Source of the DNA: Actinomycetota bacterium | GTDB taxonomy: Bacteria > Actinomycetota > Actinomycetes > Actinomycetales > Microbacteriaceae | Assembly: GCA_051751085.1 (NCBI GenBank) | Contig: JBNJKM010000001.1 | Location: forward strand, 135,314-199,313 | Reading direction: 5' to 3' | Length of the DNA: 64,000 bases | Shown here: positions 37,520 through 48,649 of the stretch, piece by piece | How the letters are laid out: every line of letters starts with the position of its first letter | Numbering within the stretch: position 1 is the first letter of the stretch | The notes under the pieces: generated by a model | The model's input: only the letters and a program-made list of their open reading frames with translations | Database searches by the model: none | What the model was told of the DNA's origin: nothing | Made by a program: the position numbers and the translations under genes

Positions 37520-37668
37520 GCGGGATGCCTCTCAGGACGGTGGCGGACGCGACGGGGCGTCCTCGAGCCAGTCTCTCGGAGTCGACGGCATCCGACCCGA
37601 CCGACGGCAGGGAGAGGGGTAACGATCCCGCAACGAGCGCCCGACCGCCGCCGGATAGGCTCGGCAGC

Positions 37669-39174
37669 ATGCAGCACCATGACGTGAGAGCCCACAAGAG
37701 CGCCGAGAACCTGCCCCGCGAGGAGCAGCTCGCCTGGAAGATCGCGCAGGTCGCGGTCGACCCGGTGGAGGTGGAGGCCGACGTCGTGGAGATGATCGCG
37801 AACCGCATCATCGACAACGCCGCCGTGGCGATCGCGAGCCTCAACCGGCCGCCGGTCGTCTCGGCTCGCGAGCAGGCGCAGCGCCACCCGTACTCGCCGG
37901 GCGCCGCCGTCTTCGGCATCGAGGACCGTGTCAGCCCCGAGTGGGCTGCGTGGGCGAACGGCGTCGCCGTGCGCGAGCTCGACTACCACGACACCTTCCT
38001 GGCCGCGGAGTACTCCCACCCGGGCGACAACATCCCGCCCATCCTCGCCGTCGCGCAGCACGTCGGCTGCGACGGGCGGGCGCTCGTGCGCGGCCTCGCG
38101 ACCGGCTACGAGATCCAGGTCGACCTCGTGCGCTCGATCAGCCTCCACAAGCACAAGATCGATCACGTCGCGCACCTCGGCCCGTCGGCCGCCGCCGGCA
38201 TCGGCACGATGCTCGGCCTCGACGCCGAGACGATCTTCCAGGCCGTCGGCCAGGCGCTCCACACCACGACGGCCACGCGCCAGTCGCGCAAGGGCGAGAT
38301 CTCGACGTGGAAGGCGCACGCCCCCGCCTTCGCCGGCAAGATGGCGGTCGAGTCGGTCGACCGCGCGATGCGCGGCCAGACGAGCCCCGTCCCCATCTAC
38401 GAGGGCGAGGACGGCGTGATCGCCTGGCTGCTCGACGGCTGGGAGGGCGCCTACTCCGTGCCGCTGCCCGCACCGGGCGAGCCCAAGCGCGGCATCCTCG
38501 ACACGTACACGAAGGAGCACTCGGCCGAGTACCAGGCGCAGGCCTGGATCGACCTCGCCCGCAAGCTCTCCGCCGAGCGGCCCGAGCTGCGCGACCCTGA
38601 CAACGTGCAGTCGATCGTGCTCCACACGAGCAACCACACGCACTTCGTGATCGGCTCCGGCGCGAACGACCCCCAGAAGTACGACCCGACCGCGAGCCGC
38701 GAGACGCTCGACCACTCCATCCCCTACATCGTCGCGGTGGCGCTGCAGGACGGCGGCTGGCACCACGTCGACTCCTACGCGCCCGAGCGCGCATCCCGCC
38801 CCGACACCGTCCAGCTGTGGAACCGGATCACGACGCTCGAGGACCCGCTCTGGACCGAGCGGTACCACGACCCGGACCCCGACAAGAAGGCGTTCGGCGG
38901 CCGCATCGTCATCACCCTCACCTCCGGCGAGGTCATCGAGGACGAGATCTCGGTGGCGGATGCGCACCCGGCCGGAGCGCGTCCGTTCGGCCGCGCGGAG
39001 TACGTGCACAAGCTGCGCTCGCTCGCGCAGGGGATCGTCGGGAACGACGAGCTCGAGCGGTTCCTCGCGCTCGTCGAGCGGCTGCCGGAGCTCTCGGTCG
39101 ACGAGGTGCGCCAGCTCACCGTCTACGCGCCCGCCGGCATCGTCGACCAGGGCACGACGAAGGGTCTCTTCTAG
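37669..39174 (+). CDS. prpD: 2-methylcitrate dehydratase
   Basis: [55 protein letters not shown]. Confidence 0.95.
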   Translation: MQHHDVRAHKSAENLPREEQLAWKIAQVAVDPVEVEADVVEMIANRIIDNAAVAIASLNRPPVVSAREQAQRHPYSPGAAVFGIEDRVSPEWAAWANGVAVRELDYHDTFLAAEYSHPGDNIPPILAVAQHVGCDGRALVRGLATGYEIQVDLVRSISLHKHKIDHVAHLGPSAAAGIGTMLGLDAETIFQAVGQALHTTTATRQSRKGEISTWKAHAPAFAGKMAVESVDRAMRGQTSPVPIYEGEDGVIAWLLDGWEGAYSVPLPAPGEPKRGILDTYTKEHSAEYQAQAWIDLARKLSAERPELRDPDNVQSIVLHTSNHTHFVIGSGANDPQKYDPTASRETLDHSIPYIVAVALQDGGWHHVDSYAPERASRPDTVQLWNRITTLEDPLWTERYHDPDPDKKAFGGRIVITLTSGEVIEDEISVADAHPAGARPFGRAEYVHKLRSLAQGIVGNDELERFLALVERLPELSVDEVRQLTVYAPAGIVDQGTTKGLF

Positions 39175-40094
39175 TGCTGTCGACGTCGGTCACGCCCTCC
39201 GAGAAGCGGAAGGCGATGCGCGCGGGCCTCGCCTCCGGCACGCTCCAGCGCTTCCCGGGCGCCTTCACGCCGCTCACCGCGCCGCTCATCCAGCAGCTCG
39301 GCTTCGAGGGCGTCTACATCTCGGGCGCCGTCATGGCGGCCGAGCTGGGCCTGCCCGACATCGGCATGACGACGCTCACCGAGGTCGCGCAGCGCGGCCG
39401 CGAGATCTCGCGCATGACCGACCTCCCGACCCTCATCGACGCCGACACCGGCTTCGGCGAGGCGATGAACGTCGCGCGCGCCGTGCACGAGCTCGAGGAC
39501 GCGGGCGTCTCCGGGCTGCACCTCGAGGACCAGGTCAACCCCAAGCGCTGCGGCCACCTCGACGGCAAGGAGGTCGTCTCGCTCGACCAGGCGGTGCAGC
39601 GCATCGCGGCCGCCGTCTCGGCCCGACGCGACAGCGACCTCGTCATCATGGCCCGCACGGACATCCGCGGCGTGTCCGGCCTCGACGCCGCGAAGGACCG
39701 CGCCAAGGCGCTCGAGGCGGCCGGGGCCGACGCGATCTTCCCCGAGGCGATGGCGAGCCTCGAGGAGTTCGCGGCCATCCGCGAGGCCGTCGACGTGCCG
39801 ATCCTCGCCAACATGACCGAGTTCGGCAAGAGCGCCCTCTTCACCCACCAGCAGCTGCAGGACGTCGGCGTCGACATCGCGATCCATCCCGTGTCGCTGC
39901 TGCGCATCGCGATGGGCGCGATCGAGCGCGAGCTCGGGCTGCTCGCCGAGACCGGCACGCTCGACGGTGCCGTGGAGCGCATGCAGACGCGCGCGCGCCT
40001 CTACGAGCTCAACGACTACGCCGCGTACAACGCGTTCGACGAGGGCGTCTTCAACTTCGAGGTGCCGGGCGTCGAGACAGGTGCCGAGCGATGA
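39174..40094 (+). CDS. prpB: Methylisocitrate lyase
   Basis: DADTGFG, HLEDQVNPKRCGH, ARTD, FPEA, ANMTEFGKS; overlaps the prpD stop. Confidence 0.95.
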   Translation: MLSTSVTPSEKRKAMRAGLASGTLQRFPGAFTPLTAPLIQQLGFEGVYISGAVMAAELGLPDIGMTTLTEVAQRGREISRMTDLPTLIDADTGFGEAMNVARAVHELEDAGVSGLHLEDQVNPKRCGHLDGKEVVSLDQAVQRIAAAVSARRDSDLVIMARTDIRGVSGLDAAKDRAKALEAAGADAIFPEAMASLEEFAAIREAVDVPILANMTEFGKSALFTHQQLQDVGVDIAIHPVSLLRIAMGAIERELGLLAETGTLDGAVERMQTRARLYELNDYAAYNAFDEGVFNFEVPGVETGAER

Positions 40095-41185
40095 GCGTGC
40101 TGTTCTCGCCCGTGCAGCTCGGGCCGATCGAGGTGCGCAACCGCGCCTGGGTCTCGCCGATGTGCCAGTACTCCTGCGAGGAGCGCGACGGCATGGCGGG
40201 CTACTGGCACCACGAGCACCTGACCTCCTTCGCGCGCGGCGGCGCCGGGCTCGTCATGACCGAGGCGGCCGCGATCGAGCCGATCGGGCGCATCTCGCCG
40301 CACGACCTGGGGATCTGGAACGACGCGCAGGCCGAGGCGCTCGCGCCGATCGCCGCGCGCATCCGCGCCCACGGCGCCGTGCCGGCCGTGCAGCTCGCGC
40401 ACGCCGGCCGCAAGGCGTCGATCCACCGCGAGTGGAGCGGGCGAGGCTCCGTGCCCGAGGCCGAGGGCGGCTGGCAGACGGTGAGCGCGGGGTCGGATGC
40501 GTTCGGCAGCTACGCGGCGCCGCGCGCGCTCACGTCCGACGAGGTCGCGGCCGTGCCGGAGCTCTTCGCCGCGGCGGCGCGCCGCGCGGTCGGCGCCGGT
40601 TTCGACGTGCTCGAGGTCCACGGCGCGCACGGCTACCTGCTGCACCAGTTCCTCTCGCCGCTCTCCAACCACCGCGACGACGAGTGGGGCGTGGGCGACG
40701 GGGGACTCCGCACGCTGCTGCTGCAGCGCGTCGTCGAGGCTGTGCGCGCCGCGGCACCCGACGCCGCCCTCATGGTGCGCCTGAGCGCATCCGACTGGGT
40801 CGACGGCGGCATCGATTCGGCCATGACCGTCGAGCACGTGCGCGTCGCGATCGCCGCGGGCGCCGACTGGTTCGACCTCTCGTCCGGCGGCAACGACCCG
40901 CGGCAGCAGATCCCGCTCGAGCCCGGCTACCAGGTGCCGTTCGCGCGCGCCGTGCGCGCCGCGACCGGCGCGAAGGTCAACGCCGTCGGGCTCATCGAGG
41001 AGCCGGAGCACGCCGAGTCGGTGCTCGCCGACGGCGACGCCGACGCGGTCATGCTCGCGCGCGCCTGGATGCGCAACCCGCACTGGGCGCTCGGCGCCGA
41101 GGTCGAGCTCGACGGCGTCGCGGATGCGTCGGTGTGGCCGCCGCAGTACACGCGCGCCCGGCGCGTCCCGACCCCGGCCCGCTGA
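40091..41185 (+). CDS. NADH:flavin oxidoreductase (old yellow enzyme, YqjM-like)
   Basis: SPMCQYS, QLAHAGRKAS, EVHGAHGYLLHQFLSP, GYQVPFA. Confidence 0.93.
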   Translation: MSVLFSPVQLGPIEVRNRAWVSPMCQYSCEERDGMAGYWHHEHLTSFARGGAGLVMTEAAAIEPIGRISPHDLGIWNDAQAEALAPIAARIRAHGAVPAVQLAHAGRKASIHREWSGRGSVPEAEGGWQTVSAGSDAFGSYAAPRALTSDEVAAVPELFAAAARRAVGAGFDVLEVHGAHGYLLHQFLSPLSNHRDDEWGVGDGGLRTLLLQRVVEAVRAAAPDAALMVRLSASDWVDGGIDSAMTVEHVRVAIAAGADWFDLSSGGNDPRQQIPLEPGYQVPFARAVRAATGAKVNAVGLIEEPEHAESVLADGDADAVMLARAWMRNPHWALGAEVELDGVADASVWPPQYTRARRVPTPAR

Positions 41186-41195
41186 AGCGCGCGGC

Positions 41196-42284
41196 ATGTC
41201 CGAGCACGTGCGCACAGCCCGGCGCGGGCACCTCGCGGTGATCGAGCTGCACCGTCCCGAAGCGCTCAACGCGCTCACGCACGAGATGGTGCGCGGCATC
41301 GCCGCGGCGCTCGCGGAGGCCGAGGCCGACGCATCCGTCGCGACGATCGCGATCGTCGGCGCCGGGGAGCGCGGGCTGTGCGCGGGCGGCGACGTCGTGG
41401 GCCTCCGCACCGACGTGCAGGAGCGCGGCGGTGCGGGCGCGCGCGCCTTCTGGCGCGACGAGTACGCGCTCAACGCCGCGATCGCCCGCGCCGGGAAGCC
41501 CGTCGTCGCCATCCAGCACGGCATCGTGCTCGGCGGCGGGGTCGGCATCTCGGCGCACGCGAGCCACCGCGTGGTCACCGACTCGACCCGCATCGGCTTC
41601 CCCGAGGTGACGATCGGCTTCGTGCCCGACGTGGGCGCCAGCTGGCTGCTCTCTCGCGCGCCGGGGGAGCTCGGCACGCGCGCCGCGCTGACCGGTGAGC
41701 ACGTCGGCCCGGCCGACGCGATCCTGCTCGGGCTGTCGGATGCGTTCGTGCCGCACGCGGGGATCCCCGATCTCCTCCAGGCGCTCACGACGACCGCCGC
41801 CGACGAGGCGATCGCCGCGGCCGCAGCGGCGCCGCCCGCGGGCCAGCTCTCGGAGGGCGCGCCGATCGACGGGGCGTTCGCGGGCGACGACCTACCTGCG
41901 ATCGTCGCCCGGCTCGAGGCGGCGGGGGCGGAGGGCGCGGCGCTCGCGGCGACGATCGCGAAGCGCTCGCCGACGGCGCTCGCCGTGACGCTCGCGTCGC
42001 TCCGCCGCGCCGCGCACCTCCCGTCGCTCGAGCGCGCCCTCGAGCAGGAGTACCGGGTCTCGTCGCACGTGAGCCTCCTGCCCGACTTCGCCGAGGGCAT
42101 CCGCGCCCAGCTCGTCGACAAGGACCGCAGCCCCTCGTGGCAGCCCGCCGACATCGAGCACGTGACGGATGCCATGGTGGAGGCCTGCTTCGCCCTCGCG
42201 CCCGACGGCGACCTCGAGCTGCCGGCGCCCGACCTGCCAGAGACCGACCTGCCAGAGCCCGACCTGCCAGAGGAGACACCATGA
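41196..42284 (+). CDS. 3-hydroxyisobutyryl-CoA hydrolase-like crotonase
   Basis: ALNAL, CAGGD, GIVLGGGVG, PEVTIGFVPDVG, DFAEGIRAQLVDKDR.P.W. Confidence 0.88.
   Translation: MSEHVRTARRGHLAVIELHRPEALNALTHEMVRGIAAALAEAEADASVATIAIVGAGERGLCAGGDVVGLRTDVQERGGAGARAFWRDEYALNAAIARAGKPVVAIQHGIVLGGGVGISAHASHRVVTDSTRIGFPEVTIGFVPDVGASWLLSRAPGELGTRAALTGEHVGPADAILLGLSDAFVPHAGIPDLLQALTTTAADEAIAAAAAAPPAGQLSEGAPIDGAFAGDDLPAIVARLEAAGAEGAALAATIAKRSPTALAVTLASLRRAAHLPSLERALEQEYRVSSHVSLLPDFAEGIRAQLVDKDRSPSWQPADIEHVTDAMVEACFALAPDGDLELPAPDLPETDLPEPDLPEETP
42228..42272 (+). repeat. Three 15-bp tandem repeats encoding (P/T)DLPE in the C-terminal tail
   Basis: CCCGACCTGCCAGAG ACCGACCTGCCAGAG CCCGACCTGCCAGAG. Confidence 0.9.
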
Positions 42285-43057
42285 TCGAGCCCACCACCAT
42301 CCGCGTGGAGCGCCGCGACCGAGTCGCCTGGATCCACCTCGACCGTCCCGAGGCGCTCAACGCGCTCAACGCGCAGCTCATGCGGGAGGTCGTCGCCGCC
42401 GCCGTCGAGCTCGACGGCGACGACGGCATCGGCGCGATCGTCGTCACCGGCTCGGAGCGCGCCTTCGCCGCCGGCGCCGACATCAAGGAGATGGCCTCGA
42501 AGTCGGCCGCCGAGATGCGCGCCGACGACCACTTCGGCGAATGGCTGCGGTTCGCGGACGTGCGGAAGCCGGTGATCGCGGCCGTCTCGGGCTACGCGCT
42601 CGGCGGCGGCCTCGAGCTGGCGCTCATGTGCGACATCATCCTCGCGGCCGACTCGGCGACGTTCGGGTTCCCCGAGGTCTCGCTGGGCGTCATCCCCGGC
42701 ATCGGCGGCACGCAGAGGCTCGTGCGCGCGGTCGGCTACCCGAAGGCGGCGGAGATCATCCTCACGGGCCGCCGCATCGGTGCTGAGGAGGCCGAGCGAG
42801 CGGGCCTCGTCTCGCGCGTCGTGCCCGCCGATCGGCTGCTCGACGAGGCGCAGGAGCTCGCGGTCGGCATCGCCGCGAAGCCGCTGCCCGCGCTCGTCGC
42901 GGCGAAGGCCGCGATGGATGCCGCGCTCGAGCTGCCGCTCGCCGATGGCCTCGCCCTCGAGACCGAGCGGTTCACGGCGCTCTTCGACACCGAGGACCAG
43001 CAGGAGGGCATGGCGGCCTTCAGCGAGAAGCGGGAGCCGCACTTCCAGCACCGCTGA
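42281..43057 (+). CDS. Enoyl-CoA hydratase
   Basis: AFAAGADIKEM, GYALGGGLELALMCD, FGFPEV.LG.IPG.GGTQRL, DQQEGMAAF.EKR.P. Confidence 0.93.
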   Translation: MIEPTTIRVERRDRVAWIHLDRPEALNALNAQLMREVVAAAVELDGDDGIGAIVVTGSERAFAAGADIKEMASKSAAEMRADDHFGEWLRFADVRKPVIAAVSGYALGGGLELALMCDIILAADSATFGFPEVSLGVIPGIGGTQRLVRAVGYPKAAEIILTGRRIGAEEAERAGLVSRVVPADRLLDEAQELAVGIAAKPLPALVAAKAAMDAALELPLADGLALETERFTALFDTEDQQEGMAAFSEKREPHFQHR

Positions 43058-43174
43058 GCCTCCGGGCGGTGAGAGCCCTCTCATCCGCCGCTCCTTCCCG
43101 CCTCACGGCCGCTCGCGAGGGTGGGTGTCAGACGCAGGGACGGCCACCGCCTCCCACGACAGAAGGAGCAGCTC

Positions 43175-43762
43175 ATGCACACGAAGTGGATCGCCGTCGG
43201 CACCCTCAGCACCCTCGGCCTCGGCGCGATTGCCGCGAGCGCGGCGAGCATCGCCAACGCCGTCGAGCTGCGCGACACGCAGGGCCGGGTGCTCGAGTCG
43301 AGCACCGTGCGCGGCGACCTGCTCGAGCGCGGCACGGTGTCGATCAAGACGACGGGCGACCACGCCTCGGTCATCTCCGCCGCATCCGCCTCGGACGCGA
43401 GCTCGGCGGACGTCGCATCCGCCACCTCGGCAGACGCCGCCACCGCCTCCGCGCCCTCGGCCACGCAGTCGGCCGTCTCGCCCGCGTCGGCGCCGTCGCC
43501 CGCCTCGGCGCCGTCGGCGGCAGCCCCCGCCCCTGCACCCGCTCGCCAGGCGCCCGCGCCTGCACCCGCACCGGCGCAGCAGGCCCCGGCGCCCGCTCCC
43601 GTGCAGGCGCCCGCCCCCGCTCCGGCACCGGCGGTCGACTCCGCCCCGAGCCCCGCGTACTCGGCGCCGAGCGCCGCCTCTGCACCGTCGGCGGCCTCCG
43701 CGCCGTCGCCGGTCTCGGCGCCGTCCCCGGGATCGGCGCCCTCGGCCGGCTCGAACGACTGA
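43175..43762 (+). CDS. Secreted Pro/Ala/Ser-rich low-complexity protein
   Basis: AGAAGGAG ribosome-binding site, signal peptide, long SAPS/APAP repeats. Confidence 0.75.
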   Translation: MHTKWIAVGTLSTLGLGAIAASAASIANAVELRDTQGRVLESSTVRGDLLERGTVSIKTTGDHASVISAASASDASSADVASATSADAATASAPSATQSAVSPASAPSPASAPSAAAPAPAPARQAPAPAPAPAQQAPAPAPVQAPAPAPAPAVDSAPSPAYSAPSAASAPSAASAPSPVSAPSPGSAPSAGSND

Positions 43763-43783
43763 GCCGCAGCCCCGCCCGACCGC

Positions 43784-43810
43784 AGCGCCCCGCCACTCCG
43801 GCGGGGCGCT
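43784..43810 (+). terminator. Terminator-like hairpin
   Basis: AGCGCCCCGCC-ACTCC-GGCGGGGCGCT. Confidence 0.7.
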
Positions 43811-43911
43811 TCGGCGTCGCGCGGAGGAGGCGGCCGGCGCGCGGCGGTCGTCGGGGGAGCGTGCCCTAGAGTCGGATGGCGCCCCGCACCACCGTTCCAC
43901 CGAGGAGCACC

Positions 43912-45905
<1,994 letters not shown>

Positions 45906-45921
45906 CCGCGACCGCGCGCAT

Positions 45922-45983
45922 CCGGACCCGAGTCCGGCAGCCGGACCCCCGATCGGGGGTCCGCCTGCCGAGCTCGGGTCCGT
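45922..45983. repeat. 62-bp four-box palindrome, copy C
   Basis: CCGGACCC GAGTCCGGCAGC CGGACCC CCGATCGG GGGTCCG CCTGCCGAGCTC GGGTCCGT. Confidence 0.93.
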
Positions 45984-45991
45984 TCGCGTTC

Positions 45992-46053
45992 GCGGACCCG
46001 TTCCACCGGGGCGGACCCGGTGCACCGGGTCCCGGATGGTGGAGCGGGTCCGC
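45992..46053. repeat. 62-bp four-box palindrome, divergent copy E
   Basis: GCGGACCC GTTCCACCGGGG CGGACCC GGTGCACC GGGTCCC GGATGGTGGAGC GGGTCCGC; same boxes and length, different but still partly self-pairing spacers. Confidence 0.85.
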
Positions 46054-46083
46054 GTGCCCTGCCAGGTCGGCGACGGGCGCGCG

Positions 46084-46743
46084 TCAGCGCAGCAGCGCCG
46101 CGATCCGCGGGCCGAGCGCCGCCGCGACCCGCTCCGGGTCGCGATCGCCGCCCGCGACCAGGAACGAGTGGTCGCCGCCCGCGACCCAGTCGACCCGCGC
46201 ATCCGGCAGCCGGGCGACGACGTGGTCGAGCGCGTCCCCCGACTGGAACGGGTCGTTCGTGCCCTGCAGGAACCGCTGCGGCAGGGCGATGTCGCCGAGG
46301 TGGGCGTCGCGGATGCGCTCCGGCCGGCCGGGCGGGTGCAGCGGGTAGCCGAGGTAGACGAGGCCCGCCGCCGGCATGCCGGCCGTGACCGCGGCTGCGG
46401 CCATCCGCCCGCCGAGGGACTTGCCGCCGGCCCAGGGCGGGTGCGGCAGGAGCCCTTCGGCGGCGGCCATCACGGCGAGCCACGTCGCGATCGCGCTCGG
46501 CTCGCGCTCCGGCTGTCGCTTGCCGGCCTGCGCGTTCGGGAAGCTCGCGCGCAGCACCGCGATGCCCTCGCCGACGAGTCCGCGCGCGACGCCCGCCATC
46601 CACGGATGCGTCGCCGAGCCGCCCGCGCCGTGCAGCAGCACGATGCTCGCCCACGCGTCGGCGGGCACCTCGACGATCGCGTCGACGTGCGGCACCGTCG
46701 GGTGCTCGATCGCGACGGGCACGACGCGGTGGGAGGCATCCAT
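46084..46743 (-). CDS. Alpha/beta hydrolase (KANL3/Tex30-like)
   Basis: HGAGG, GGKSLGGRMA nucleophile elbow, LGYPLHPPG, LQGTNDPF, GGDHSF. Confidence 0.9.
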   Translation of the reverse strand: MDASHRVVPVAIEHPTVPHVDAIVEVPADAWASIVLLHGAGGSATHPWMAGVARGLVGEGIAVLRASFPNAQAGKRQPEREPSAIATWLAVMAAAEGLLPHPPWAGGKSLGGRMAAAAVTAGMPAAGLVYLGYPLHPPGRPERIRDAHLGDIALPQRFLQGTNDPFQSGDALDHVVARLPDARVDWVAGGDHSFLVAGGDRDPERVAAALGPRIAALLR

Positions 46744-46780
46744 CCCTCGAGCTTCCCACGCGGCGCGCCGGCCGCCTCGT

Positions 46781-46842
46781 GCGGACCCGAGTTCGGCAGA
46801 CGGACCCGCGATCGCGGGTCCGCGTGCCGAGCTCGGGTCCGC
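46781..46842. repeat. 62-bp four-box palindrome, copy D
   Basis: GCGGACCC GAGTTCGGCAGA CGGACCC GCGATCGC GGGTCCG CGTGCCGAGCTC GGGTCCGC. Confidence 0.95.
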
Positions 46843-46852
46843 CTGGGGTGTG

Positions 46853-47446
46853 TCAGGCGCCCACGAGCGCTGCGGCGGGTCGCGGCGCCCGCGCGCGGTC
46901 CTTCGCGCCGTCGGCGGCGACGAGCGCGAGCCACGCGGCGCGCTGCTCGGGGCTGGACGTGCGCACCGGGCCGAGCCGCCGCATCCGCACGGGGCTGATG
47001 CCGCAGAGCCCGAGGGTGCCCGTCCGCAGCTGGTCGAGCCGGGTGTCGGGCAGCAGCGGCGCGAGCCAGCTCGGGGTGTCGGCGGTCGCGATGATGCGGC
47101 CCGTGCGGCCGGTGAGCAGCCCCTCGGGCGTCGCGCCCTTGTAGCGGTAGTCCTCCTGCGGCAGCAGCGCGCGGTCGAGGAAGCCCTTGAGCATCGCGGG
47201 GGTCGAGCGCCACCAGACCGGCGTGGCGATGACGATGTGGTCTGCGTCGCGGATCGCCTGCCGGGCGTCGGCGAGGTCGGGCTCGATGGGCATGCGTTGG
47301 GTGTAGCCGAAGCGGAGGTGCACGTCGAAGTCGAGGTCGCGCAGCGCCAGGAGGCGGCTGTCGCCATGGCCGTCGACGTACGCGCGAGCGAGGGCGGCGA
47401 CGAGGGAGTCGGGGTTGGGATGGGCGTCGATCACGAGGGCGGACAT
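46853..47446 (-). CDS. NAD(P)H-dependent oxidoreductase (flavodoxin-2, MdaB/KefF-like)
   Basis: AHPNPDS, TPVWW.STPAMLKGFLDR, GLLTGRT. Confidence 0.9.
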   Translation of the reverse strand: MSALVIDAHPNPDSLVAALARAYVDGHGDSRLLALRDLDFDVHLRFGYTQRMPIEPDLADARQAIRDADHIVIATPVWWRSTPAMLKGFLDRALLPQEDYRYKGATPEGLLTGRTGRIIATADTPSWLAPLLPDTRLDQLRTGTLGLCGISPVRMRRLGPVRTSSPEQRAAWLALVAADGAKDRARAPRPAAALVGA

Positions 47447-47456
47447 GGCGGTTCCT

Positions 47457-47521
47457 ATCTGGACAGTGTCAACAATCTGGACACCGCCCAGCGTGGCGTA
47501 GGATCTTGCACGTGTCAAGAT
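47457..47521. promoter_or_regulatory. Probable TetR operator sites in the divergent promoter
   Basis: ATCTGGACAGTGTCAAC (47457), ATCTGGACAC (47476) and the near-palindrome ATCTTGCACGTGTCAAGAT (47503-47521) overlapping the TAGGAT -10 element and the start codon. Confidence 0.7.
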
Positions 47522-48096
47522 CGGGCGCCGCCTACCACCACGGGAACCTGCCGGAGGCGCTCGAGCGCGCGGCGATGGGCCTGCTCGAGGCGCAGCCGGC
47601 GGCGGCGATCAGCCTGCGCGAGGTGGCTCGCGCGGCCGGCGTCAGCCACAACGCGCCGTACCACCACTTCGGCGATCGCCGGGCGCTGCTCAAGGCGCTC
47701 GCCGAGCGCAGCATGGCCGCGCTGCTCGAGTCGCAGCGCGAGGCGGCGGCGATCGACGGGCCGGCAGGCAGCCTGCGGGAGATCGCGCGCGACTACGTGC
47801 GCTTCGCCGCGGAGCGCCCGCACGCCTTCGCCGTCGTCTATGACCCGACGGTGTGCGTCCCCGGGCAGCCGACCGCCGCGATGGCCCCGCTCATCGCGGC
47901 AGAGGAGGCGCTCGTCGGCGACGCGGTGCGGGCCGCCATGCCCGATCTCGACGAGCCGGCGGTCGCGGCGATGACGGCGGCCGCATGGGGCGCCGCCCAC
48001 GGCCTCGCGCAGCTGGCCCAAGCCGGGCACCTCGCGCTCGACGAGGCGCTCGCCGCGGTCGACGCGCTCATCGCCCGGCTGGTGCGCTCCGACTGA
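47512..48096 (+). CDS. TetR family regulator (WHG-type C-terminal domain)
   Basis: YHHGNL, SLREVARAAGVSHNAPYHHF, WGAAHGL. Confidence 0.92.
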   Translation: MSRSGAAYHHGNLPEALERAAMGLLEAQPAAAISLREVARAAGVSHNAPYHHFGDRRALLKALAERSMAALLESQREAAAIDGPAGSLREIARDYVRFAAERPHAFAVVYDPTVCVPGQPTAAMAPLIAAEEALVGDAVRAAMPDLDEPAVAAMTAAAWGAAHGLAQLAQAGHLALDEALAAVDALIARLVRSD

Positions 48097-48175
48097 GTCG
48101 CCCCGCTCCCGCACTCTCCACAAGCAGGCGGATGCGTCGCACGCGCGAGCACCCGCCTCTGCCATCGTGCGGGCC

Positions 48176-48598
48176 ATGGAGCGATCGATCACCGACGATG
48201 CCGAGTCCTACGTGCGCGGCCTGCTCGACGAGTGGCTCGCGCCGCTCGTGGGCGAGTGCCTCGCCTGCTACCTCGACCGCGTGCTCGAGTACCAGGAGTG
48301 CGACGGCAGCCTGCGGTTCGCGAAGCACTACCGCGACCTCGCCGCGCCCCGCGCGACGCGCGTCGAGCAGCGGCTCGAGGCGAGCGGCGGCTTCTGCGAC
48401 TGCGAGGTGCTCGCCAACGTGGTGCAGCCGGCATGGCACCTGTGGACGACGAGCCGCGAGGTCGACGTCGACGGCCAGTCGATCGTGCTCGAGGCCGAGC
48501 CGCCGGACGGCATGCCGCCGTGCGCGGGCGTCCGGCGCGGCTCGACGCAGCCGTGCGTGCACTGGCACCGGATGCGGCGGCCCCGGATGCCGTACTGA
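48176..48598 (+). CDS. DUF2695-like Cys-rich protein
   Basis: ECL.CY, GGFCDCEVL.N, CAGVRRGSTQPC. Confidence 0.7.
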   Translation: MERSITDDAESYVRGLLDEWLAPLVGECLACYLDRVLEYQECDGSLRFAKHYRDLAAPRATRVEQRLEASGGFCDCEVLANVVQPAWHLWTTSREVDVDGQSIVLEAEPPDGMPPCAGVRRGSTQPCVHWHRMRRPRMPY

Positions 48599-48649
48599 TG
48601 CGCTGGTCAGCACCGCGGTCTCGCGGCCCGCCGGAGTACCGTTGGGCGC

